DNA from: a virus
Length of the DNA: 36,952 nucleotides
Virus genome (UHGV): UHGV-0205834
Direction: 5' to 3' (one strand)
Made by a program: the position numbers and the translations under genes. This document shows, piece after piece, positions 18,859-27,025 of this stretch; position 1 is the stretch's first letter, and every line of letters starts with the position of its first letter. The notes beneath the pieces were generated by a model, which was not told the origin of the DNA, did no database searches, and saw nothing but the letters and a program-made list of their open reading frames with translations.

Positions 18859-19174
18859 AAGCTAAACTCAGCTCCATTTCTCTTGTATCGGGATTCGTAT
18901 AAATGCGAGTAATGTTATACGTCACAGAATCAATTTTGAGTGCACTTAATTTCTCTGTGATGGTTTTATCCCATCTGACTTTAATTCGTCTGACAACGTC
19001 TGTCTTGGCTTGCTGTGATAAATATTTTTCTTGAGAAGTCACACCGAGTTCTTCATAGAATATTGGGCGCTTAAATTCGTAAATTGTAGTTGGACGATCG
19101 TTTCCGTCTGTTCCTGTTTTGATGTCTAGCAATTCGGCTTTCCATCTGAGATTATTAGTCTGTCTCTTCGGCAT
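18848..19174 (-). CDS. head closure / head-tail adaptor protein
   Basis: 108-aa ORF. Sequence pattern (…RIKVRWDKTIT…ITRIYTNPDTREMELSL…) resembles head-tail joining proteins. Confidence 0.5.
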   Translation of the reverse strand: MPKRQTNNLRWKAELLDIKTGTDGNDRPTTIYEFKRPIFYEELGVTSQEKYLSQQAKTDVVRRIKVRWDKTITEKLSALKIDSVTYNITRIYTNPDTREMELSLAYVY

Positions 19175-19433
19175 TTTGAATCGCTCCTTGCACGATAAAT
19201 GGCGTCATGGCATTCATAGCTTTGTCGAGTTCATCCTCTGAAACTCTATATTCATAGGCAATGCCGGCAACCATCAAAATAAGATATTCTTGTTGGCCAC
19301 CAGTTGCTGTTTTGACATAATCTTTTGCCATATTTAAATAAAAAGAGAGCAAAGAATCATCCATGCCCTCTTCAAAATGAATATGTGATTTGAATTTTTC
19401 CTCTAAAGACAATTCTTTAGTTTGATCCTCCAT
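19155..19433 (-). CDS. head-tail connector (gp6-like) protein
   Basis: First connector gene after the capsid gene. Start taken at the internal Met (MEDQTKEL…) to avoid a 74-nt overlap with the capsid gene. Confidence 0.45.
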   Translation of the reverse strand: MEDQTKELSLEEKFKSHIHFEEGMDDSLLSFYLNMAKDYVKTATGGQQEYLILMVAGIAYEYRVSEDELDKAMNAMTPFIVQGAIQNAEETD

Positions 19434-19434
19434 C

Positions 19435-20811
19435 TTAATCACCAACTGGTTTTGTAATTTCGTAGCGATATACCGCTGGTTCAAATGGAGAATAAACCAA
19501 TTGGCCATCTAGCAAGTTGTAAATTTGAAATCCAATTTGATTTTTACCAGAGAATTTTTCAACAAGTTTTTGAATTTCCAAGGCACCAATAACTTCTTGA
19601 ATTTTGAACGCAGAAAAATCACCAAAATATAAGATTGGCGTATCTGGTTCGCCTTTTTTATCTGCTGCATCTGTCCAATCCACAGGATAGCCAACTAATT
19701 GGTAACCTATTCCACCTTCTGCTTGTGTAAATGGACGCAACAAAGGAAATCCATCATCTGTTTTCATTTTTTCAATGGCAGTCAAAGCAGCTCGATTAAT
19801 AATAAAGCGTCCCTTTTTCATCACTTCTGTCACTGGTGTATTTTTAAATTCGATTAATGCATCATATAATTTTTGCCCAGCACCTGCAGCAGTTAGATCT
19901 AAAGGTTTTTCAAATGCTACAGCCTTTTTGGCTAATGCACCAGGATTTTCATTTCCAGCGTCATCACCATTGAACATATAATTGATTTCTTTACGCACAT
20001 AAGCTTTTTTCAATTCTTCCACAACAATATCTTCAACTGGAACACCAGACATTTTTAGTAATTTTTTAGTTACTGTTGCCAAAGCATCGAATTCGGCAGG
20101 ATCAAGCAAAATTTCATCAAACTGAATAGCTGTTTCAGTAATATCAGTTGAACGCTCTTTCTTGTTTACATTCGCATCTGCTTTCTTCACAAGAATTGGA
20201 TATTTGACATCTCCTGATGTTCGCACCACTGTTCCATATTTACGAAGTAAGTTTTCTTCTTGAGCATAAGTGATGACTTCAGATGCAATTACTTCTGGAA
20301 CAGTAACTGAACCATTGCCGGTTTCAATTCCTAAAGCTCGAGCTTCTGCTTCAGAAATATTTCCAACAACAAAATTAGCAAATGCTTTTCGGATTTGTTG
20401 TTCTTTTTGTTCTTTGGTCATTTTTGCACGTGCCTCCAATCCGTTCTTAATTGATCCAAGTAATCCATCTCGTTGTTGTTGGGTAATCATACCTGCGCGA
20501 TTTTCAGGATCATCTTCTCCACCTTCTCCTTTATCAGCGCCATCTCCACTAGGTTCATCACTAGAACGAGTGTCAGGGTCATCAGTGCCATTTCCTGCAC
20601 CACCATCTTTCCCATCTCCTGCATTACCAGGATCACCATTATCTGACAACGCATCTTTGATTCCATTTAATTCTTCAATGACTGCATCAATTTCTTGTTG
20701 AACGCCTTCGATGTCTGCTTCCCGTAATTCACCAGATTCGATTTTTCCACGTAACTCTTCTAATCTTTGCTCTTGACGTGCTTTCAATTTCTTTAATAAT
20801 TCTTTATTCAT
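19435..20811 (-). CDS. major capsid protein, HK97 fold, with fused N-terminal scaffold (delta) domain and acidic Gly/Asp/Pro-rich linker
   Basis: 458 aa. N-terminal coiled coil, then low-complexity DNGDPGNAGDGKDGGAGNGTDDPD…GEGGEDDPENRAG. Follows the prohead protease. Confidence 0.8.
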   Translation of the reverse strand: MNKELLKKLKARQEQRLEELRGKIESGELREADIEGVQQEIDAVIEELNGIKDALSDNGDPGNAGDGKDGGAGNGTDDPDTRSSDEPSGDGADKGEGGEDDPENRAGMITQQQRDGLLGSIKNGLEARAKMTKEQKEQQIRKAFANFVVGNISEAEARALGIETGNGSVTVPEVIASEVITYAQEENLLRKYGTVVRTSGDVKYPILVKKADANVNKKERSTDITETAIQFDEILLDPAEFDALATVTKKLLKMSGVPVEDIVVEELKKAYVRKEINYMFNGDDAGNENPGALAKKAVAFEKPLDLTAAGAGQKLYDALIEFKNTPVTEVMKKGRFIINRAALTAIEKMKTDDGFPLLRPFTQAEGGIGYQLVGYPVDWTDAADKKGEPDTPILYFGDFSAFKIQEVIGALEIQKLVEKFSGKNQIGFQIYNLLDGQLVYSPFEPAVYRYEITKPVGD

Positions 20812-20823
20812 AATGATTTCCTC

Positions 20824-21402
20824 CTAAGCTTCTAGCGCTTGATTGATTTTTTTAATTAAATTTTTTCTTTTTTCGACTATTTTTTCTAAGTCTTCCTTGC
20901 TTCTTAAAGCTGCTTCGGTATCTTCATACGCTGGTAACGGCACGATAGAAACTTCATACAATTCCACTTCGTGAATTGTTCTAAGCATTGGTGTAGAGTT
21001 GTAATCCCATGTTTCTTCAGTTGGTATGAATCCAAAACTGCATTGATTGATATCGCCACGTTCCATCGATTTGATCAAATCCCTAGCAACTGTTGTATCT
21101 GGAAGATCAACTTCAAATTTCAACCCACGTTCATCTTCTGATAAACGTAGCGTGCCGCTTTTTGTACGTCCTAAAACATTGGACCAATCATGATTGAAAA
21201 GACATCGAACATCGGAACTGCTAACAGCTCTTGAAAAAGCACCAGGTGCTATCACTTCGTCTAAGTCTTCCCATAATCTTGTTGGACTATTAAAAACTGC
21301 TGCATAACCACTAATCGTTCTTGTTTGTGTTTCTTCGTTAGAACGTGTTGAGAGATCGGTGATGTCAATTGTTCGAATCTCCTTCTTCGACATTCTCATC
21401 AC
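20824..21402 (-). CDS. prohead protease (HK97 family)
   Basis: 192 aa between portal and capsid. Confidence 0.8.
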   Translation of the reverse strand: MMRMSKKEIRTIDITDLSTRSNEETQTRTISGYAAVFNSPTRLWEDLDEVIAPGAFSRAVSSSDVRCLFNHDWSNVLGRTKSGTLRLSEDERGLKFEVDLPDTTVARDLIKSMERGDINQCSFGFIPTEETWDYNSTPMLRTIHEVELYEVSIVPLPAYEDTEAALRSKEDLEKIVEKRKNLIKKINQALEA

Positions 21403-22594
21403 CCCCCTTCAAGTTTTGGTTATTCGTAGGTAAAGAATCGTCTGTTGCATGCTTCTTGCCGATTTCTGTCAAATCATTTGATATATAAACAGCTTCAGTT
21501 TCTGGCGTTCCTTGTTTAGGGAAACCAAGCATTTCTGCCACATTATCCGGACTTGTAATCCCAGTACGAACGATGTTGTAGCCAATATTTGTTTTTGTTG
21601 AGTAAGGAACAAAATCCAAAATATTAATTTTCCATTCCACTCTATAGCCAGAATTAGGCATAAAAAAAAGAGCGGTGTAATGTTCGCTCTTGTTTTTCAA
21701 TATTGGTTTGATTGCTTTGTTGTGCAGATACATCATCGCTTTTTCAATATCTGTCTTCATCAGCGATTGATACGTATCAACATTGATTCCTAGAAATTTT
21801 CCTAAGTCTTTTTTGTAAACACCTAAATAGTTCAAAATTGCTGCATCATCAACAGGACTTTTTAATGTCTCGATGGAATATCCTTTTCCCAAAGGAATCA
21901 TCTTAACAGAATGATCAATCTCATTTTGCGTTCCTTCCAGTTGATCCAATATAGCTTTGACAATTTTTGTTTGGGCGCTATTATTTGGATTGATGTGGGC
22001 GTCTAGTTTAAGCATGAACGCAAGTAAACCGCCTTTAGTATATTTATCCGTCAAAACTTTTTCAGCGCTCAGAACGCCTTCCAGAGTGTTTCTTGCAAGA
22101 TCAATTATTCCAGCACCTTTTAATGAATCAGTTCCGATGTTCTTAATGTGTCGAATCATTTGACCAGGTATTTTTTGACCATTCATTTCAAATTCTTCTT
22201 GAAGTCGTTCATTGATCTTAGTTGTTACACCGTACGCCAAATGGAGCTGATCCCTATCCGTTAATGGGAATGTCTCACCATTGATCAATAAAGTATTTGT
22301 TTCCAATTTAGTAAATTCGAATCCGGTCAAATAATCATTTGGACTCTTCAAAATCTTTAGCAAGTGATGATCTTTGACTTCGTTGCCATCAGGACCAATA
22401 ACAATCGGTGTGGCCAATGCCACCTGATTGGATATGTCTTGAACTAATTCATAAACATCAGAAGATTCCATGATAGATGAATCCGTCACATATCTTTGAC
22501 CATAACGTGTGTAGTGTCCAAAAATATCCTCGATATATCCACGTTTTTCCATAAAAGAATAAACTGCATTCGATAACCGATCACGTAATTTCAA
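21365..22594 (-). CDS. portal protein (HK97 family)
   Basis: 409 aa, directly downstream of the large terminase. Confidence 0.8.
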   Translation of the reverse strand: MKLRDRLSNAVYSFMEKRGYIEDIFGHYTRYGQRYVTDSSIMESSDVYELVQDISNQVALATPIVIGPDGNEVKDHHLLKILKSPNDYLTGFEFTKLETNTLLINGETFPLTDRDQLHLAYGVTTKINERLQEEFEMNGQKIPGQMIRHIKNIGTDSLKGAGIIDLARNTLEGVLSAEKVLTDKYTKGGLLAFMLKLDAHINPNNSAQTKIVKAILDQLEGTQNEIDHSVKMIPLGKGYSIETLKSPVDDAAILNYLGVYKKDLGKFLGINVDTYQSLMKTDIEKAMMYLHNKAIKPILKNKSEHYTALFFMPNSGYRVEWKINILDFVPYSTKTNIGYNIVRTGITSPDNVAEMLGFPKQGTPETEAVYISNDLTEIGKKHATDDSLPTNNQNLKGGDENVEEGDSNN

Positions 22595-22615
22595 TTTTTC
22601 TCACCGCCTTTCTAT

Positions 22616-24343
22616 TTATCTATAAATGGAACTTAGATAATCATCTAACTCATCCGAATCAATATCTGTCATTTGATTCATCGTTTCCTTATGACCGCAC
22701 AAAAACGCCACGAACCCATCAATCTTTTTCTTTGATTGGCGTTTACTTGGCGCTTTTTGTCCATTGATGTTAGTAATTGCTACAACGTTTAAAGTGCAAT
22801 ATAGGAATAATGGATTATCAAATTGAATCCGTTTCTCATAAAACAACCGCTCGACATCGTCAAAAGGTGCATTCAATACTTTAGGATATTGGGCAACCTC
22901 AACGCATTCCAATCCTAAGTTTTCTAGTTTCTCAACAAGTTTATCGCTCATTGCTGGATCATAATTTACTTGCTGAATATCATATAAATCCATGCAGTCC
23001 TCTATGTACTGCAAAATCTGATCTTGATCAATCATTTTTCCATCGCAAAATTCAACGAAACCTTGTTCAGCCAAATCACTGTAAGGAACATTATCTTCTT
23101 TTTCTCGAAACTCTAAATCTTCATTCGGAATAAAATAGAGTTGCTTTACTTTAAGAACCGCTTTACCATCTTCATCCCATGTTGGGAAGTTTAAAGATAC
23201 ACAGGTCAAATCTCGTGTACGTGATAAATCTAAACCGATATAACATGGTTCGCCACTTAAATCACCAAGTTCTTGTGTGGTAACTAAACATGGCTCTACT
23301 TGATCCTGTTCAAAGAAATTATCCGCGCCGTTCACAAATACATCCAAGTGTTTCGTTAGAAATTCAGCTTTGGAATGAGCTGACCGTTGCGCTGTTTTAA
23401 ATGCCGATTCTAAAGCAGATAAATCGACTGATATTCCCCAGTTAGGATTGCACATTTCCCAGACTTTTCTATCCGTCCAATCATAATTTTTATTTGGCTC
23501 ATAGATTAGAACAAAGTTTGAATCATTATCATCGCGTTTCAACACTTCTTTTGCTTCGCGATATACACGCATTCCAACAGACGACGAACCTTTCCCAGCA
23601 GTTGAGATATTAAACATCAATGGCTGTGGTAAAGATATTTGAGCAGACTTAAAATTGTCATACTGTTCCATTTTCTCTTGCTTATGCAATTCATCATTCA
23701 ACACAAAATATGGATTTGAACCCTCAATGTTATCAATATTCTTCGTTTGAACAATAAATTTATTCGAGTAAGCCATATCTTTATGAATATAATCATAAGT
23801 GATACTAGAAACAGTTCCCTTTGGTCCTTTAAATATTTTTGTTCCTTCAAGTAGAATTGGATTGTTTAAGATGGTAGCCGCAAAAGGTTTAGCAGCATAT
23901 TGAGCTTGAGCAAAATCAGAGGCGCACGCATAACAATCGACTGATAAAGCACCTTCACCGTACATTGCATAACCTAATGAACCTACGGCAATCAATGTTT
24001 TACCATTCTTTTTTGGGATTTGAACATAAGCCTCACGAGTAACGCGAACAGTTTGCCCTTTTTCATTTTCTTTAACCCAACCATAAATCCAAGAATAAAT
24101 AAATTTTTCCCAGGATTCTAAAAGAAATGGTTTTCCTACCATTTCTCCTTTTGTGTGAACAATAAATGTTTCTACCCAATCCATCATTTCATTCGCCCGA
24201 TCTACATCAAACCAAATGTCTTTTCTTTTTTTCCACCTATACCAACGATCTATTGCTAAACGAACGGTTTTAGGATACTTCTTAGGTTTCTTTCTTACTT
24301 CTTTTGCAAATAAATCAGCATAATTTACACCAGGTTCAATCAT
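22616..24343 (-). CDS. terL: terminase large subunit
   Basis: 575 aa, translationally coupled to the upstream small-subunit ORF (4-nt overlap). Confidence 0.9.
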   Translation of the reverse strand: MIEPGVNYADLFAKEVRKKPKKYPKTVRLAIDRWYRWKKRKDIWFDVDRANEMMDWVETFIVHTKGEMVGKPFLLESWEKFIYSWIYGWVKENEKGQTVRVTREAYVQIPKKNGKTLIAVGSLGYAMYGEGALSVDCYACASDFAQAQYAAKPFAATILNNPILLEGTKIFKGPKGTVSSITYDYIHKDMAYSNKFIVQTKNIDNIEGSNPYFVLNDELHKQEKMEQYDNFKSAQISLPQPLMFNISTAGKGSSSVGMRVYREAKEVLKRDDNDSNFVLIYEPNKNYDWTDRKVWEMCNPNWGISVDLSALESAFKTAQRSAHSKAEFLTKHLDVFVNGADNFFEQDQVEPCLVTTQELGDLSGEPCYIGLDLSRTRDLTCVSLNFPTWDEDGKAVLKVKQLYFIPNEDLEFREKEDNVPYSDLAEQGFVEFCDGKMIDQDQILQYIEDCMDLYDIQQVNYDPAMSDKLVEKLENLGLECVEVAQYPKVLNAPFDDVERLFYEKRIQFDNPLFLYCTLNVVAITNINGQKAPSKRQSKKKIDGFVAFLCGHKETMNQMTDIDSDELDDYLSSIYR

Positions 24344-24792
24344 TTTTCAGCACCTGCCTTCTTACGCCATTTATTTCTGTGCGCTGCTAGTTCATCTACT
24401 GGCTTTACTTCTGGACGTGTAATTTCTTCATCTTTTCTTGCAGTCGATCCTCCAGTAATTTGTCTACCAGTTTTTGCTTTGTTCGTTAAGCCTAATAAAT
24501 CCAGAGCTTTCATCTTCTTATCTGCCCAAGTTTCTACTTGTTGCGCTAACGGATGTTTTGATTGATTAGTAGCACCTGATTTATTCGTGAATTTTTGAGT
24601 TCCTGGAAAACCTTTTTCTTTCCACAATAAATATTTATGTTGGTATATTTCAAAAATATCCAGATATGATTCAATAAGCGGATCAAGAGTGATAGTGTAC
24701 AAATCAGACTTACGCATTATTTCTAAGATACGAGCTTTTTCAGCACTTACTTTTTCATCAATAATCGCTTTACGTTGCGCTTTAGTCGTCAT
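24340..24792 (-). CDS. terS: terminase small subunit (P27-like)
   Basis: 150-aa basic protein immediately after the HNH/cos region and coupled to terL. Confidence 0.7.
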   Translation of the reverse strand: MTTKAQRKAIIDEKVSAEKARILEIMRKSDLYTITLDPLIESYLDIFEIYQHKYLLWKEKGFPGTQKFTNKSGATNQSKHPLAQQVETWADKKMKALDLLGLTNKAKTGRQITGGSTARKDEEITRPEVKPVDELAAHRNKWRKKAGAEK

Positions 24793-24901
24793 TTTTTATA
24801 CACCCCCCTTTGTTTTTGAAAAATTTGACCTAACGATGCGCGTGACTCCCCGCTACCCTATCTCCCCACGCGAAAAAATTTTGAAAATGGATAGGGGGGC
24901 T
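24793..24901. other. putative cos site / terminase recognition region (GC-rich, structured, between HNH and terS)
   Basis: Non-coding 109 bp. Contains a C7 run and the GC-rich block GCGCGTGACTCCCCGCTACCCTATCTCCCCACGCG (24838-24872). Inverted repeats CGCGTG/CACGCG and CCCTATC/GATAGGG. It sits in a ~36 percent GC genome and has the HNH-cos-TerS-TerL layout of HK97-like cos phages. Confidence 0.45.
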
Positions 24902-25282
24902 TCAATTGAAATACGAAGGGAAAACTTTTTTGTCTTCCGTTTCATTTTCAACAATTGGATGACATTTTGAACATAAAAGCATGAGATTGTTTGGATCAAG
25001 CTTAAGCAGTTCATTGTCTTTGATGGGTACAATGTGATGGACATGTGCCCTCTTGCCGAAGATGAACTGACCGCATCGCTGACAGTGTCCACCTTCTCTT
25101 TCATAAATAAATTGACGCATGTCCTTCCATGCCTGTGTTCGATAGAATGGTTTGTTCTCATGATGATAAACAGACTTTGCTTGTTGCTTCTTCTTGCGCG
25201 ATTTACTTGATCGCTTGTGTTCGGCACAATAGATCCCCTTTGCTATCTTGTTCGTGCATCCATCAAACTGACAGTATTTCAT
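24902..25282 (-). CDS. HNH endonuclease (terminase-associated)
   Basis: 126 aa. Cys/His motifs CQRCG…HVHHIVPIK…NNLMLLCSKCH. Located next to cos and terS. Confidence 0.85.
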   Translation of the reverse strand: MKYCQFDGCTNKIAKGIYCAEHKRSSKSRKKKQQAKSVYHHENKPFYRTQAWKDMRQFIYEREGGHCQRCGQFIFGKRAHVHHIVPIKDNELLKLDPNNLMLLCSKCHPIVENETEDKKVFPSYFN

Positions 25283-25665
25283 TCTGCTTCACGGATAAAC
25301 TTTAGGATGTCGCCTTTTGCACGGATAGCGCTAGGAATATCAATACCATGTTTCTTAGCATATGCACGCAATTCTTTTGCAGTCATGTTGTCCAGTTCAT
25401 CCGCTTCTTCAGCGGACTTATCATTAGTAGCTTCGTCTTCATCAAAATCAGCAGCGGTGTTTCCAGCGCTATCAAGAATTTCACTGCTATTAGTAATAAG
25501 TTCACCATTAACAGCCACAAACGTTTTACCATCGCTTAAGATTCCTTTTTCTTCCGTTGCTTCAAAATCAGGTTCTTGACCTTTCGGAACCACAACAGTC
25601 TTTTTCTTTTCTGAATCCCAATACTCCGTTCCAGTAATTGATGATCTAATTTTTCTCATTACCAT
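25279..25665 (-). CDS. hypothetical protein with C-terminal HeH/Rho-N-like DNA-binding motif
   Basis: 128 aa, acidic central region. C-terminus …TAKELRAYAKKHGIDIPSAIRAKGDILKFI. Confidence 0.4.
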   Translation of the reverse strand: MVMRKIRSSITGTEYWDSEKKKTVVVPKGQEPDFEATEEKGILSDGKTFVAVNGELITNSSEILDSAGNTAADFDEDEATNDKSAEEADELDNMTAKELRAYAKKHGIDIPSAIRAKGDILKFIREAE

Positions 25666-25993
25666 TTTGATTCTCTCCTTTGTAATTTGTACTGATTACT
25701 TTTGCACCCATACGTTTATACCAATCAACCTGTTCTTGTAAGTTCGGCAATGTTCTAGAAAGCAATGTAATAGTTAAATATGACTGACCGAGTACTCCAT
25801 TAGTAATATCAACGTTGCAATAATTACCATTCCATACTGGCTTGATATCGCTGATCACAATATTTCCATCGCCATCTTTTATTTCGTTTTTAATCCAGTG
25901 CCTACTGTTATCATCTTCAATTGCTTTTTTATAAACTTGCCCCATACCCGCTGGAACATCAAAAGTAAGTACAGCCTCATGAAAATCATTCAT
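25646..25993 (-). CDS. hypothetical protein, first gene of the late operon
   Basis: Start taken at ATG 25993 (MNDFHEAV…) with RBS AAAGGAG. The track start at 26029 is a TTG inside the hairpin. Confidence 0.4.
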   Translation of the reverse strand: MNDFHEAVLTFDVPAGMGQVYKKAIEDDNSRHWIKNEIKDGDGNIVISDIKPVWNGNYCNVDITNGVLGQSYLTITLLSRTLPNLQEQVDWYKRMGAKVISTNYKGENQNGNEKN

Positions 25994-26009
25994 AGATAAA
26001 ACTCCTTTC

Positions 26010-26039
26010 AAAATAAAAAGACCACTCAACGAGTGATCC
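26010..26039 (-). terminator. strong hairpin (8-bp stem GACCACTC/GAGTGATC incl. G-U) + U-rich tract on the - strand, immediately upstream of the RBS of the first late gene
   Basis: 26020-26039 is a stem-loop with a 3-nt loop. The A-run at 26010-26019 on + is TCTTTTTATTTT on -. Only about 5 nt separate it from the RBS. Confidence 0.45.
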
Positions 26040-26125
26040 TTTATGTACTAGACAGTAGCTATCGAAAGATAATAAGAAGATGTTTTATTTTTTGTATTTG
26101 CTACTGTCCAATCAAAGCAATAGAA

Positions 26126-26262
26126 AAGAGCCACAGATACCAATTAATAAAATAGTTGGGATATCTTGGCTCTTTCATATTTTTTTGACACTAATAGAAT
26201 ATCATGCTGCAAACAATGTTTACATAGCTACAATGTTCGAACATTTAGTGAACATTGTAATT
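26126..26262. promoter_or_regulatory. late-control region: 16-bp imperfect inverted repeat (26126-26141 / 26159-26174) plus three copies of ACAATGTT/AACATTGT (26213-26220, 26230-26237, 26251-26258) abutting the ArpU stop
   Basis: AAGAGCCACAGATACC … GGATATCTTGGCTCTT matches 14 of 16. The 8-mer recurs twice directly and once inverted within 46 bp. Non-coding. Confidence 0.4.
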
Positions 26263-26751
26263 TTAAAACAAACTGATCTGTTCAGTATCTTCTCTACGAT
26301 TGTTGTAATAATCAATCTCGCCTAATTTACTTTCTCTACTCAGTTTATTTTGTTCATACTCATCTAAGAAGTCTAAAGTTTTACGAATCTCTGCATGCCT
26401 TTGTCTAACATAAGATGCACTATAACCAATCTCTTCGGCTATTAACTCTAATGAGCAACCTTCGATATACTTCTTCCGAATAATATCATTATCAATCCCT
26501 TTAAACGAATTAATAATAGCAAGCATTTCTTTTCTTTGTTCTTCGAGTAAATCAATTTCATTTTCTATCTTTTGGATGTTTTCTTCTAAAGAAGCTGATC
26601 TAGAATTTTTTTCGATTCGGACGTCTGCTAAATCTCCATTGACCCATCGATTCAATTCAAGCTTACTTTTATTAAGATTCCACTTTAAGTAAAGAATCTG
26701 CTCATCAAGTTCTTGATAATCTTTTAACCACTGAAATCTCACAAACGCCAC
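26263..26751 (-). CDS. ArpU/RinA-family late-gene transcriptional activator
   Basis: 162 aa. C-terminal sigma-70 region-4-like HTH (CSLELIAEEIGYSASYVRQRHAEIRKTL). It is the last early gene before the packaging module. GTG start; a second GTG at 26742 has better RBS spacing. Confidence 0.7.
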   Translation of the reverse strand: MAFVRFQWLKDYQELDEQILYLKWNLNKSKLELNRWVNGDLADVRIEKNSRSASLEENIQKIENEIDLLEEQRKEMLAIINSFKGIDNDIIRKKYIEGCSLELIAEEIGYSASYVRQRHAEIRKTLDFLDEYEQNKLSRESKLGEIDYYNNRREDTEQISLF

Positions 26752-27025
26752 CCCTTATATGATAAAATAGTATTGCGCTGCTATCTCGAAAGAGGTGGCT
26801 TTTTTTATTTTTTCTTAGCCGTTCCATTCTGGATTGCCTTTTTTTCCAAACGACGTTTTTTCTTCTTGATTTTCGATTTTGTTTTTCCCATTATTTTTTA
26901 TCCTCCTCGTTACGTTGTAAATTTTTCCCAAAAGAAACGAATGCATTTCCAATATTTTCTGTCATTCGGCTAAGAGCCTTCGTGAATTCTCTAGCAATTC
27001 TTGTTTATTCATCGCTGTTCCTCCT

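Noticed and set aside
20270-20701. 143-aa + strand ORF (also 9765..10058, 10883..11110, 13473..13700, 14881..15114, 15247..15477, 21957..22163, 24853..25227, 25217..25579, 27873..28169, 32339..32542, 32810..32998, 33989..34240 and similar)
   Set aside because: Each lies wholly inside a larger - strand gene with clear phage homology and synteny. They lack RBSs and look like antisense or out-of-frame artefacts, this one from the GC-rich capsid linker.
26080-26325. + strand ORFs in non-coding spacers (26080..26325, 26773..26973, 27001..27201)
   Set aside because: No RBS, hydrophobic low-complexity translations of AT-rich DNA. The regions are better explained as regulatory DNA or by the small - strand peptide.
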